Below the pieces are notes generated by a model that worked only from the letters and a program-made list of their open reading frames with translations, was not told the origin of the DNA and ran no database searches. Positions 40,049 to 49,529 of a stretch of DNA of 63,500 bases are shown piece by piece (position 1 is the first letter of the stretch; every line of letters begins with the position of its first letter). The DNA is from an uncultured Desulfobacteraceae bacterium (GTDB lineage: Bacteria; Desulfobacterota; Desulfobacteria; Desulfobacterales; UBA11574), in the NCBI GenBank assembly GCA_964410925.1, contig CAYPIW010000051.1, forward strand, positions 1 through 63,500, read 5' to 3'. A program made the translations under genes and the position numbers.

Positions 40049-40909
40049 CTAAATATGTTTCTCAAGAATCGATCTTATATTATTCGGCTTTAATTTACCG
40101 GGAATTCTTCCCTTCAAAAGCTTTTCGTCGTAAGTCGGCCTTTCTGCCTGATAAAAGATGCCGATAGGAATGCGCTCAGCTTCTCCATAGGCCCATTCTC
40201 GGGCCCTGGCAAAGGCGGCGTCTCTATCGGAAGAATCATACTCCCCATCCGGGAGTTCGTAAACCTTTTGGTTGTAAAAATCATACGTATTAAAAAAAGT
40301 AAAACAGGGTTGCAGAACGTCGATAAAGGCAAAACCCTGGTGTTTGATACCGGCTTTAATCAAGAGCTGGAGATGCTTTGGTTTACCCGCGAAGCCCCTG
40401 GCCACAAAACCGGCTCCCGCAGCAAGCATCAGTTCGATGGGATTCAGGGGGTCTTCAGGGCTTCCCCCGGGCGTGGATCGCCCGATAAAGCCGGCGGGGC
40501 TGGTCGGGGTAAACTGACCGGTTGTCAGTCCGTATACCCTGTTGTTATGGACGATGAACGTCACATTAATATTTCTCTTGGCGCTGAAAATCAGATGTTC
40601 AATACCCTCGCCGTAGGCATCTCCATCACCGGCATGACCGATTACCACCAGATCCGGATTGGCCAGCTTGATTCCGGTAATCGGGGGAGGCACCCGCCCG
40701 TGAATGGAATAAAAACTGTTCACATTTACATAGTCGACGATCTTCGCATGGCATCCTATCCCGGATGCCAGCACCACCTTGCTAAGGTTGAGGCCTTCTT
40801 CTTTGAGATCCGCCAACACCTTTTTTATAGAGGTTAAAATGCCGAAATTGCCACATCCCGGACACCAGGTGTTTGGAGCATAGGTTTCCAATTCTTTAGC
40901 TGTTGTCAC
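40049..40909 (-). CDS. 2-oxoacid:ferredoxin oxidoreductase beta subunit
   Basis: WCPGCG, SGIGC, HGR, GDGD..N TPP-binding motif. Confidence 0.93.
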   Translation of the reverse strand: MTTAKELETYAPNTWCPGCGNFGILTSIKKVLADLKEEGLNLSKVVLASGIGCHAKIVDYVNVNSFYSIHGRVPPPITGIKLANPDLVVIGHAGDGDAYGEGIEHLIFSAKRNINVTFIVHNNRVYGLTTGQFTPTSPAGFIGRSTPGGSPEDPLNPIELMLAAGAGFVARGFAGKPKHLQLLIKAGIKHQGFAFIDVLQPCFTFFNTYDFYNQKVYELPDGEYDSSDRDAAFARAREWAYGEAERIPIGIFYQAERPTYDEKLLKGRIPGKLKPNNIRSILEKHI

Positions 40910-42558
40910 GAGAGCACCTCCTTTATTTTATCTATCAGAAAATCTACTGTAAAAGGACGACCGTCGAAACGTAAAATCATATCGTCAACACAAATACCGT
41001 AACTGGAAAGATGTGCTGCCAGTTGGCCGGTGGCATTAACCTCGATATTGACGATCTTATCCGAATCGGACAAAGCTTTTTTTAAAGCCTCTACGGGCAA
41101 CGGCTCGAGCACCAGAGGCTGAACCACCTTAAGCCCTAATTCCTCGGCCGCTTCTACACAGGATCCTTTGGTGGAGCCCCAACAAAGGAGAACCGTATTG
41201 GATTCAAGATTACCGTAAACCTTTACCTGCTCATGCCGGGAAAGTTCATCCTCCAGTGTCTTTTTTTTACGTAAACGTTTTTTCTGCATCCTGGCGATTT
41301 GTTCGGAGTCTTCAGTGGTCAACCCATATTCATCATGCTCGTAAGAGGTCGCTTTAACCGTAGCCGAAGAATTACCGGGAAAGGCCAGGGGGGAAATGCC
41401 GTTTTGAGTATCCAGATATCGTTTATACTCCCCTTGACTCTCCCAAAGCAGAGGATCTTCGGGTTTGATCTTGTCCGGATCCGCGTCAAAACTGAATATG
41501 CTTTCACTTAAGTGTTTGTCGGAAAGGACAAAGCAAGGAATCTGAAACTTCCAGGCCAGGTTCATGGCCAGGCCGGTCAGATAAAAGGCTTCCTCAGCAT
41601 CTCCGGGAGCCACAACGACCTTTACAAATTCTCCATGACCGGAATGGATAACAAAAGAAAGATCGCCCTGCATGGTGTAAGTGGGCACTCCCGTACTCGG
41701 GCCGGGTCTTTGACATTCCACAAAGACAATGGGGAGTTCACCCTGACCGGATAAACTTAAGGCCTCGGTCATCAGAGCAAATCCACCGCCCGAGGTGCCA
41801 ACCATGGTTTTGGCGCCGGCATACGCTGCTCCCAGAGCCATAAGGACAACGCCAATTTCGCTTTCGGGGTGTATGGTTACCACCCCCAGATCATTTTCAT
41901 GCTCTGCCAGGTAGTGAAGAATGGAAGATGCGGGCGTCATGGGGTAGGCGATATACATATCGAGTCCTGCCTGAACTGCCCCCAGGGCAATGGCTTCGTT
42001 GCCCGACACCAATGGAAGCATTTTTTGATCCAGCCTGGAAACGGATAAACCGGCTTTTTCTGCCCGATGATATGCCGACTGAGCGATCTTAAGATTCAAA
42101 TCAAGTTTTTTTTCTATTGTATCTGTTATGACCCTTTCCAGTAACTCCCAGTCAATATTCAACACTTTGGCCAGCACCCCCAAGGCGGCTGTATTTCTCA
42201 TAATGGGCGCTCCTTCCAACTCCTTAACCACACCCATAAAGTCAATACCCACGCCTTGAGCCTCCACTTTTTCAGAATCATAGAGAATTATTCCATTGGC
42301 GTTGAGGCGATGTTTGTGTTTTTCTACCGTATCCTGATTTAAGGCTATGATGAGGTCAACCGTTTCATTGTGGGCTTGGATTTTCTTTTTTGAGGCCCTT
42401 ATAATAGAAAAATTGTGGCCGCCCCGGATCAGTGAGGGATAATCATCATAGAAAAAAATACGGTAGCCTAATCTATTTAAAAGTTTGGCCAGGGTCTGGC
42501 CGGCCTGCCGGATGCCGTCACCCGCTTTTCCACCAATAAGAATCGACAGATCTTCCAT
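40906..42558 (-). CDS. 2-oxoacid:ferredoxin oxidoreductase alpha subunit (gamma-alpha fusion)
   Basis: GGKAGDG, IRGGHN, GNEAIALG, YPMTP, QRPGPSTG; start MEDLS with an AGGAG RBS. Confidence 0.93.
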   Translation of the reverse strand: MEDLSILIGGKAGDGIRQAGQTLAKLLNRLGYRIFFYDDYPSLIRGGHNFSIIRASKKKIQAHNETVDLIIALNQDTVEKHKHRLNANGIILYDSEKVEAQGVGIDFMGVVKELEGAPIMRNTAALGVLAKVLNIDWELLERVITDTIEKKLDLNLKIAQSAYHRAEKAGLSVSRLDQKMLPLVSGNEAIALGAVQAGLDMYIAYPMTPASSILHYLAEHENDLGVVTIHPESEIGVVLMALGAAYAGAKTMVGTSGGGFALMTEALSLSGQGELPIVFVECQRPGPSTGVPTYTMQGDLSFVIHSGHGEFVKVVVAPGDAEEAFYLTGLAMNLAWKFQIPCFVLSDKHLSESIFSFDADPDKIKPEDPLLWESQGEYKRYLDTQNGISPLAFPGNSSATVKATSYEHDEYGLTTEDSEQIARMQKKRLRKKKTLEDELSRHEQVKVYGNLESNTVLLCWGSTKGSCVEAAEELGLKVVQPLVLEPLPVEALKKALSDSDKIVNIEVNATGQLAAHLSSYGICVDDMILRFDGRPFTVDFLIDKIKEVLS

Positions 42559-42671
42559 GACAAATCTCCTATACACTTACACGTCTCGATAATGTAATTT
42601 TCTGATACCTTACTGAATCAACTCAATATAGCACTGATTAAATGATTTTCTTTTTGATCTGTACCGGTCTT

Positions 42672-42770
42672 TTGTGCATAAGAATCCGCGAAAATCATAG
42701 ACATATCCACAGCTATACCTGTCAAAGGTCCCGATGTCTTTACAGGGCGGTTTTCAACCCTTATGCATCA
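42672..42770. repeat. REP-like family C, copy 2 (inverted), carrying an extra small hairpin
   Basis: Matches the reverse complement of 17400-17479, with an inserted CCTGTCAAAG..CTTTACAGG. Confidence 0.6.
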
Positions 42771-42977
42771 TGTAATATGTAGAGACAGAGAAGTTCTTCT
42801 AAGGGCCTGTGGTATGCTGTATCCGATGTCATCAGTATAATCGCCCCTGCTCGAGACACAGCTTTCTTCCGCCACCATCTGCAAATCCTGAATCGCGTTA
42901 AGTAGCTTACAATCCTTTGCACACTCTTTTTTCGGCAAATGTCTTTTGGGACAATTTTTACAGGGTGAAGATATCAT
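42768..42977 (-). CDS. Small Cys-rich hypothetical protein
   Basis: RBS AAGGAGG; SPCKNC..ECAKDC motif; same orientation as, and just downstream of, the response regulator. Confidence 0.7.
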   Translation of the reverse strand: MISSPCKNCPKRHLPKKECAKDCKLLNAIQDLQMVAEESCVSSRGDYTDDIGYSIPQALRRTSLSLHIT

Positions 42978-42995
42978 AATTCCTCCTTTAACCCG

Positions 42996-43358
42996 TTATC
43001 CTAAAAGTATATTATTTATTTCTTCCAAAAGCTCATCCATATCAAAAGGCTTGTCGATAAATCCGTTACATTGATGATGCATGGCCTCGACCACAAGACC
43101 TTCATCACCATAGGCCGTCATTAGGATTACCGGTATGGTTTTATTGTGTTCACGAATTTTTTGCAGAAGTTTTATTCCGTTCATTTCCGGCATGGCGTAA
43201 TCTGTTAAAACAATATCAATTTTATTCTCCCTGATCAGATGATCCAGAGCTTCTTTGCCGCTAATTGCTTCAACAACCTGGTATCCCTTGATTCTCAATC
43301 CCCTTCTGAGCGTTTTGAGCTGCACTCTTTTATCATCAACGACAAGGATGGTTTTCAC
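42996..43358 (-). CDS. Single-domain response regulator (REC)
   Basis: VVDD, LTDYAMP, MTAYG, KPF. Confidence 0.9.
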   Translation of the reverse strand: MKTILVVDDKRVQLKTLRRGLRIKGYQVVEAISGKEALDHLIRENKIDIVLTDYAMPEMNGIKLLQKIREHNKTIPVILMTAYGDEGLVVEAMHHQCNGFIDKPFDMDELLEEINNILLG

Positions 43359-43394
43359 AGGTTATCTTCCTTTACAAAATCCATATCCAATCCT

Positions 43395-44555
43395 TTAATC
43401 TCCATATGCGCAGATCTTTTCTTGCAACTCGGGATAATCGTTAATAAACCTATAAAGGGTTGCCCGCCCGACATTAAGAAGCCTTGCCGCTTTTGCCTTG
43501 TTGCCGCCTGTTTTTTTTATGGCGGACTCGACTTGAACTCTGTCAAGTTTGCGTGAAGGTCCGCGTACGGTTTGAAAAAGGCGGTTGTCATTAATCTCCA
43601 TGGGAAGATTATCAGGGGTTATCTCATCACCCCTGCTTTTAACAAAAGCAAACTGAATAGCGTTCTGAAGCTCTCTGACATTGCCGGACCATTTATATTC
43701 GGTGAGCAACATCATGGCACTATGCGAGACAACAACAGAGTTCCGGTTATACCGTCTGGACGCCTGTTTTAAAAAATGATTGACCAGAAGCGGAATATCG
43801 CTTTTGCGCTCACGAAGCGGGGGAAGAGAAATGGGTACCACGTTAATTCTGTAGTACAGGTCATCCCGAAATCTGTTTTTTTTCATTTCTTCTTTAAGGT
43901 TTTTATTGGTTGCGCTGATAACCCTTACATTGATCCGAACCGTTTTTTCTCCACCCACCTTTTCAAATTTGCCATCCTGAAGAAAACGCAAGAGCTTTGC
44001 CTGCATGTGCTTTGAAAGTTCAGCAATCTCATCCAAAAAAATTGTGCCACCGTCCGCCAGTTCAAGTCTTCCCTTTTTATCACGAATGGCACCGGAGAAA
44101 GAGCCTTTCACATGTCCAAACAGTTCGCTTTCAACAAGCCCTTCCGGCATAGCTCCACAATTGATCGGTACAAAAGGCCCGTCCTTGCGGGAACTTGTCT
44201 GATGAATAGCTTCCGCAACCAGCTCCTTTCCCGTGCCGGTTTCACCGAAAATATGAACAGGATAATCGTATTCGGCAACATTGATAATTTGCCGAAAAAC
44301 CTCGATCATTTTTCTGTTTCTACCGATAATTCCAGAAAAGTTAACCGGATTTTTATTTTCTGTTTTGTGGTGGCCTGAATTTAAAATTTCCCTGAATGAT
44401 ATAATCTCTGCAGGTGTGTTTCGATGATTACCGTGCTTTTCCAGGATCTCGACTTTCACATCCTGGGGATTAAAAAACGCTTCAGAAGGCAAGGTATCCG
44501 TACTTCCGAATCGGATTCTCTTATATTGGTCATAGGCTTTGTTTGAATAATCCAT
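43395..44555 (-). CDS. Sigma54-dependent activator lacking a recognisable sensory domain
   Basis: GETGTGKE, GSFSGA, IFLDEI, GNVRELQN, Fis-type HTH. Confidence 0.9.
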   Translation of the reverse strand: MDYSNKAYDQYKRIRFGSTDTLPSEAFFNPQDVKVEILEKHGNHRNTPAEIISFREILNSGHHKTENKNPVNFSGIIGRNRKMIEVFRQIINVAEYDYPVHIFGETGTGKELVAEAIHQTSSRKDGPFVPINCGAMPEGLVESELFGHVKGSFSGAIRDKKGRLELADGGTIFLDEIAELSKHMQAKLLRFLQDGKFEKVGGEKTVRINVRVISATNKNLKEEMKKNRFRDDLYYRINVVPISLPPLRERKSDIPLLVNHFLKQASRRYNRNSVVVSHSAMMLLTEYKWSGNVRELQNAIQFAFVKSRGDEITPDNLPMEINDNRLFQTVRGPSRKLDRVQVESAIKKTGGNKAKAARLLNVGRATLYRFINDYPELQEKICAYGD

Positions 44556-44603
44556 GGTAACTTTTCCCCTAAATTCCGGTTTTAAAGATTTCTGCTTTTC
44601 TAA

Positions 44604-44620
44604 AGCATTAAGTATGCCAT
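44604..44620 (-). promoter_or_regulatory. Sigma54 promoter of the activator-REC-Cys-rich operon
   Basis: Minus strand ATGGCATACTTAATGCT (GG-N10-GC). Confidence 0.7.
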
Positions 44621-44727
44621 CAGGAAAGAATAGCGGGAAAAGGGTGATAAGTGCTGAATAATCAAAAGGATGGATCGATAAAATTCCAGACGGAAAGATA
44701 TCCTGCCGGGTGGTAACCGGGTCGTGA

Positions 44728-44809
44728 AGATATGCAGAAATTGCATATCTAAATACAAAATCCTTAGTATTATCAAATAATTATCTTTAAACTATGCAAA
44801 AATTGATCA
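44728..44809. promoter_or_regulatory. Putative enhancer (UAS) sites and IHF site
   Basis: Palindrome AGATATGCA-GAAAT-TGCATATCT (44728-44750), a weaker copy at 44793-44809, and TATCAA-N4-TTA at 44771-44783. Confidence 0.55.
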
Positions 44810-44828
44810 TCTATATTTGAGCGGGCCC

Positions 44829-46199
44829 TTACTTCACACCATAGATTTTGAGTTTTTTTCTGAGGGTATTCAGAGCAATGTCGAGCAGTTTTGCGGTTTG
44901 AGACTTGTTGTTTCCGGTTTGATTATAAACGTTGAGGATATAGGACTTTTCCATTTGTTCAAGAGGGACTACCGGTGCTGTTCCCGGCCCATGTTTCGGT
45001 TTTGTCTTTGGTTTTTGCTTTTGAATATTGTCGGGAAGGAATATTTTAGAGATTCTTCGTCCCCGGGCAAGGTTTGCCGCCGATTCGATAATGGACTTCA
45101 GCTCTCTGATATTCCCCGGATAATCATAAGTTAAAAGCAGCGTCATGGCGTCTTCTTCCATGCCCGTATTTTTATCGTTACCTAGAAACCCATTCAAAAA
45201 ATGGTTGGCCAGCAAAGGGATGTCTTCTTTTCTTTGTCTGAGAGCCGGCAGGTGAAGCCATCCTCCTTTCAGGCGGTAGTACAAATCCTTTCGAAATTTC
45301 CGGTTGGCCATGAGCTTTTCCAGATCCTCATTTGTTGCGGCAATAAAACGGATATCTATTTTCCTTGGGGTGTCTGTTCCGAGCTTTATATATTCTCCGT
45401 CCTGTAACACCCGAAGCAGTTTTCCCTGAAGCTCCATTGGCAGGTTGCTTACTTCATCCAGAAACAGCGTGCCCTTGTCTGAGTACTCGAGATAACCGGT
45501 ACGATCTTTTTCAGCTCCTGTGAAGGCTCCCTTTGTGTGTCCAAAAAATTCGGCGTCAAATAGGGAACCCGTAAGCGAGGCCATATTGACGGGGGTAAAT
45601 ACGGATTCTGACCTTGCACTGGCCGCGTGGACCGCCCTTGCCAGAAGTTCTTTTCCGGTTCCGCTCTCTCCGGTAATCAATATTGGGATATCGCTTGCCG
45701 CATGAAGTTCGGCTTCTTTTAATATTTTCAATACATCTGACGATCCGAAGATAATTGATTTGAAGGCATGTTCATTAAGAAATTCCGGCGGGCGAATTCC
45801 CTTGCCGATGTCCGTGATATTAAACAGCCGCTTTCTTTCAAGAGCACGGTTGATGGATAACACAAGATCGTCCTTTTCGACAGGTTTCACAAGGTAATCA
45901 TAGGCCCCTCTTTTCATGGCACGGACCGCAGTCACCGCTTCATCCAGAGCCGTAATCATGATGCATTCGGTCTCGGGGCTGTTGTTCTTTATGACTTCAA
46001 GAAGTTCCAGGCCGTCCATGCCGGGCATGGATACATCGATCAGGGCAATATCAAAGGGGTCCCCCTGTTTAAAAACTGAAGCCGCTTTTTTAGAGTCATG
46101 TTCAAGTGTAACGGACGTAAATCCTGAAGTAATCAGAGCCCTTCGGATGCTTTTGAGAAAGATCTGATTGTCATCTATGGCTATGATTCGGCTTGGCAA
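44829..46199 (-). CDS. NtrC-family sigma54 response regulator (REC-AAA+-HTH)
   Basis: AIDD, IDVSMP, GESGTGKE, GAFTGA, YPGNIREL. Confidence 0.93.
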   Translation of the reverse strand: MPSRIIAIDDNQIFLKSIRRALITSGFTSVTLEHDSKKAASVFKQGDPFDIALIDVSMPGMDGLELLEVIKNNSPETECIMITALDEAVTAVRAMKRGAYDYLVKPVEKDDLVLSINRALERKRLFNITDIGKGIRPPEFLNEHAFKSIIFGSSDVLKILKEAELHAASDIPILITGESGTGKELLARAVHAASARSESVFTPVNMASLTGSLFDAEFFGHTKGAFTGAEKDRTGYLEYSDKGTLFLDEVSNLPMELQGKLLRVLQDGEYIKLGTDTPRKIDIRFIAATNEDLEKLMANRKFRKDLYYRLKGGWLHLPALRQRKEDIPLLANHFLNGFLGNDKNTGMEEDAMTLLLTYDYPGNIRELKSIIESAANLARGRRISKIFLPDNIQKQKPKTKPKHGPGTAPVVPLEQMEKSYILNVYNQTGNNKSQTAKLLDIALNTLRKKLKIYGVK

Positions 46200-46261
46200 G
46201 ATATCCCTCGTTTCTGAATTTGGAACTGTATTTGTACCCGATATATATTTATGGATGGAAA

Positions 46262-48268
46262 CTAACTAATATCCAATATTACTTTAAACTTACTCCCCAC
46301 CCCTAATTTGCTTTCAACTTGAATACGTCCCCCTATTTTCTCAATGAGATTATGGACAATGTACATTCCGAGCCCGGTTCCTTTCTGTAATGGGTTGGTC
46401 GTGAAAAAAGGATCAAATATTTTTTCTAATGTGTTTTCATCCATCCCTCTGCCATTGTCACTGACCTGAATGATCAGTTGATTTTTTTTTGAATCATCCA
46501 TGAAAACCACCAGGTCGACTCGCGAATCTTTATCAAGCGGTGTGTCGAAGGCATTAGCGGCATTGATCAGAAGATTAATTAAAATCTGCTCCAGAAGTTG
46601 TGAATCCACAGGAATCTCCGGCAGGGTTTCCGGAATATTCACATCAAAGGTTTTTACGGTTTTTCGAATTTTGCTCCAGCAAAACGCAAAAATTTTTTCA
46701 AACATGGGTTTCAGGTCAATTTTTTCTATTGGCCTGTCCGGGTCCGGTTTTGAAAATACTTTTAAGTTCTTAACAATGGATTTAATTTGCCTGGAACCAT
46801 GTTGGATATTATCTAAAAGTTCAAAAATATCCTCACGAAATTCAGGGTAAGGCATGTGCAATATTCTCAGATCCGGATGCTTTTCAGCATATTCATCAAG
46901 TATCGGTATCACCCTGTTAATATAATCCCTTAAGATCGGAATATTGACGGAAATATAATTATTCGGATTGTTGATCTCATGGGCGATCCCTGATACCAGA
47001 ACCCCGATGGAGGCCAGCTTTTCACTCTGTATGAGCTGCTTTTCCATGCGCTTTTCTTCGGTAATATCCTGGATGCGAATGATGGTGGCTTCAATGTTGC
47101 CGCTATTATTTATTATCGGGTATAATGAAACCTCTTCGAATTGTTCGGAGTTTACTAGACTTCGGCGCTGAAACTTCTGCTCCTTCCCCTCTGATACTGC
47201 CCCGGGGATTGTGCATCCATTACATATTTCGCTTTGGTTGCTCAATCCCGCAAAACAGGGTTTTCCGATGAGCTGATCAGGATTTTTTATCGTATAATAA
47301 TCCAGCGCAGGCCGATTAACAGCATGAACGGTAAGCCCTTCTCCCAGGAGGATCAGCGGATCTGAGATCCCGTCAAAGATCGATTGGAGCATGGCCTTGC
47401 TTTTTCGGAGTTCATCTTTCGTACGTTCGAATTCAGTGATATCCTGTATCGTGCCAATCATCTGAATCGGTCTGCCGGTTTCATCAAAAATCACTTCAGC
47501 CTGTTCGTGAACAATGCGTTCCCTGCCGTCCGATAGAATGATACGATGGTCGATTCGGTATGGCCTGTTCTCATATAAAGCTTCATCAACAGATCGAATA
47601 ACAAAATCTCTGTCTTCCGGATGTACGAAACTCAGAAATCTGTCATAAGTGACCTCGAATTCTTGAGGTACCCGCCCGAAAATTCGATATATCTCATCGG
47701 ACCAATCCAGCTCGTTGGTCACTATATTCCACGTCCAGTTTCCCAAGTGGGCGATGCGCTCAACCTGCGCAAGGCGTCCCGCACTTCGCTTCAGTTTCAT
47801 CTCCGCCAAATTGCGCTCAGTCACATCTTCAAATGTCAAAAAAATCAGCGGTATGTTGTTCGCCTCTCCGGATATGCGTCGGGCATTCAGTCGCATCATC
47901 CGCCGGCCGATATGTTCAAACTCATGTTCAACATCATAGCCGTCCAAAGAAGTATCCATGTAAAGGATATGCTCAATCAGTTTTCGCAGTTTGGGGATAT
48001 CCCATTGTCCATTGCCCAGATCATATAATAATTTCCCAACGGTTTCTCGGGGGGTTACCTTAAAAACCTGATAAAAAGATCTATTCGCAAATATCGCCTT
48101 CAACTTAGCGTCCAGCACCAGCAAGGGTTCGCGAACTATGGCCACGATGGGTTCAGCATGTTCGCGAATTTCTTTGGTGCTTCTTTCTAACGGGCTGATG
48201 CGACTGACCTGTTTTTCCAAATTCTTGAGTTTTTGTACCAATTCTTCATATGTTGGTTTATTGGCCAT
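46262..48268 (-). CDS. Cytoplasmic multi-PAS sensor histidine kinase
   Basis: MANKPTYEEL start, three PAS domains, IAHEINNP H-box, DNGRG, FDPFFTT, GTGLG. Confidence 0.92.
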   Translation of the reverse strand: MANKPTYEELVQKLKNLEKQVSRISPLERSTKEIREHAEPIVAIVREPLLVLDAKLKAIFANRSFYQVFKVTPRETVGKLLYDLGNGQWDIPKLRKLIEHILYMDTSLDGYDVEHEFEHIGRRMMRLNARRISGEANNIPLIFLTFEDVTERNLAEMKLKRSAGRLAQVERIAHLGNWTWNIVTNELDWSDEIYRIFGRVPQEFEVTYDRFLSFVHPEDRDFVIRSVDEALYENRPYRIDHRIILSDGRERIVHEQAEVIFDETGRPIQMIGTIQDITEFERTKDELRKSKAMLQSIFDGISDPLILLGEGLTVHAVNRPALDYYTIKNPDQLIGKPCFAGLSNQSEICNGCTIPGAVSEGKEQKFQRRSLVNSEQFEEVSLYPIINNSGNIEATIIRIQDITEEKRMEKQLIQSEKLASIGVLVSGIAHEINNPNNYISVNIPILRDYINRVIPILDEYAEKHPDLRILHMPYPEFREDIFELLDNIQHGSRQIKSIVKNLKVFSKPDPDRPIEKIDLKPMFEKIFAFCWSKIRKTVKTFDVNIPETLPEIPVDSQLLEQILINLLINAANAFDTPLDKDSRVDLVVFMDDSKKNQLIIQVSDNGRGMDENTLEKIFDPFFTTNPLQKGTGLGMYIVHNLIEKIGGRIQVESKLGVGSKFKVILDIS

Positions 48269-48700
48269 TAAAACTTTTCCAAACGCTCCGAAAAAATAAA
48301 GGCTCATACACTCTTGTTCAAACCAAAAAAGGTGTATGTGCCTTAATGAGTTACATCGGGATGACTCTCCAAGTTAGGTTACCGTATAGATACTGTTTCA
48401 GGATGGATTCATTTTTTTCAAAACCTCTAATGATATTTTTGAGATGCATCTAATATCATGGCAGGGCCGAAACTGCAAATATTTTTATGGACAAAGGTTC
48501 GTGCGTTTGACCCGGTTGGAAAAGAGGTTTTTTTTATCGGGCAAAAAGTGTCTATTTGACGAATCAAATGGAATTTCAATTGGTTATTCATTGTCTTTAA
48601 TTTTCCGGACAGAAGAAGCAAAACCCGTGGAGACACAATGAAACGCACTTGTCTTATGACAGATATAAGATTTATAACCACAAGTGCCCAGATTTCGGTA

Positions 48701-49525
48701 TCACTCGCACTGATCCAGAGCGCGAACCAGCATTCGCATATGGCTTTTTTCGGCCTGGGCAATGGATAAAAAGCTGTCCCGGACAGTCTGATCATTTTCT
48801 TGCTCGGCCATGGTTTTGTACAGATCAAAGGCGGCATATTCCATATGAATGGCCAGTTCTAAAATTCGAAGACACGGGTTTTCTTCAATATTTTTAACGT
48901 ATTCCATCACCTCCACCAGGCTTTCCCCACCTTCAAGGATTTCTCCTTTAAGACTTTCGTAGAGTTGGTCAAAGGCCATGGGAATGCTTGCCGCTTTTTC
49001 CCAGAACCCGTAAACGGTTCTGGCATGTGCGATTTCCGCCCTGGACAACTGCTCCAGGGTAGGAATAATCGGATCGACTGCAAAGTTTTTTAGAATATTA
49101 GTATAAAATCGCCAGGCCCCTTTTTCCAGGTCCATGGCGGTAAGCAAAAGTTCCACAGGCCCTTTGGTTTTATCAAAGACCTGTATTTTGGGAAATCCTT
49201 TCAGGGTCTTGCCTTCCCAGGACAGGATCCCTCCTTCCAGATTGTGTATGGTTTTTTCACTAATACCTTCCTCAGAAAACATGGATGCCGCCGCCAGAGA
49301 TCGACCTCCACTGTGGCAGTAGAAAATAACATCCCTGTTTGCAGGCAAACCGGAAAAATCGGATATAAGTTTATTCAAAGGAATAAACTTAGCTCCGGGA
49401 AGGTGGCCTTTTCTGTATTCATCCGGCTGCCGGACATCCACAACCAGGTATTCCTTTTCATTGTGGGATTTGATAAATTGCTTCAATTCTTCAGCCGTAA
49501 TGTCTTTAAATCCCGAATCGAACAT
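48701..49525 (-). CDS. Rhodanese domain fused to a ferritin/rubrerythrin-like domain
   Basis: DVRQPDEY..HLPGA, YCHSGGRS; E..ExxH pairs (AEIAH, AEKSH); start MFDSG with a GAGGAG RBS. Confidence 0.88.
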   Translation of the reverse strand: MFDSGFKDITAEELKQFIKSHNEKEYLVVDVRQPDEYRKGHLPGAKFIPLNKLISDFSGLPANRDVIFYCHSGGRSLAAASMFSEEGISEKTIHNLEGGILSWEGKTLKGFPKIQVFDKTKGPVELLLTAMDLEKGAWRFYTNILKNFAVDPIIPTLEQLSRAEIAHARTVYGFWEKAASIPMAFDQLYESLKGEILEGGESLVEVMEYVKNIEENPCLRILELAIHMEYAAFDLYKTMAEQENDQTVRDSFLSIAQAEKSHMRMLVRALDQCE

Positions 49526-49529
49526 TTTT

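Noticed and set aside
48310-48700. Possible transposon end or small genes between the kinase and rhodanese genes
   Set aside because: No TIR pair, no second copy in the window and no convincing RBS or protein motif.
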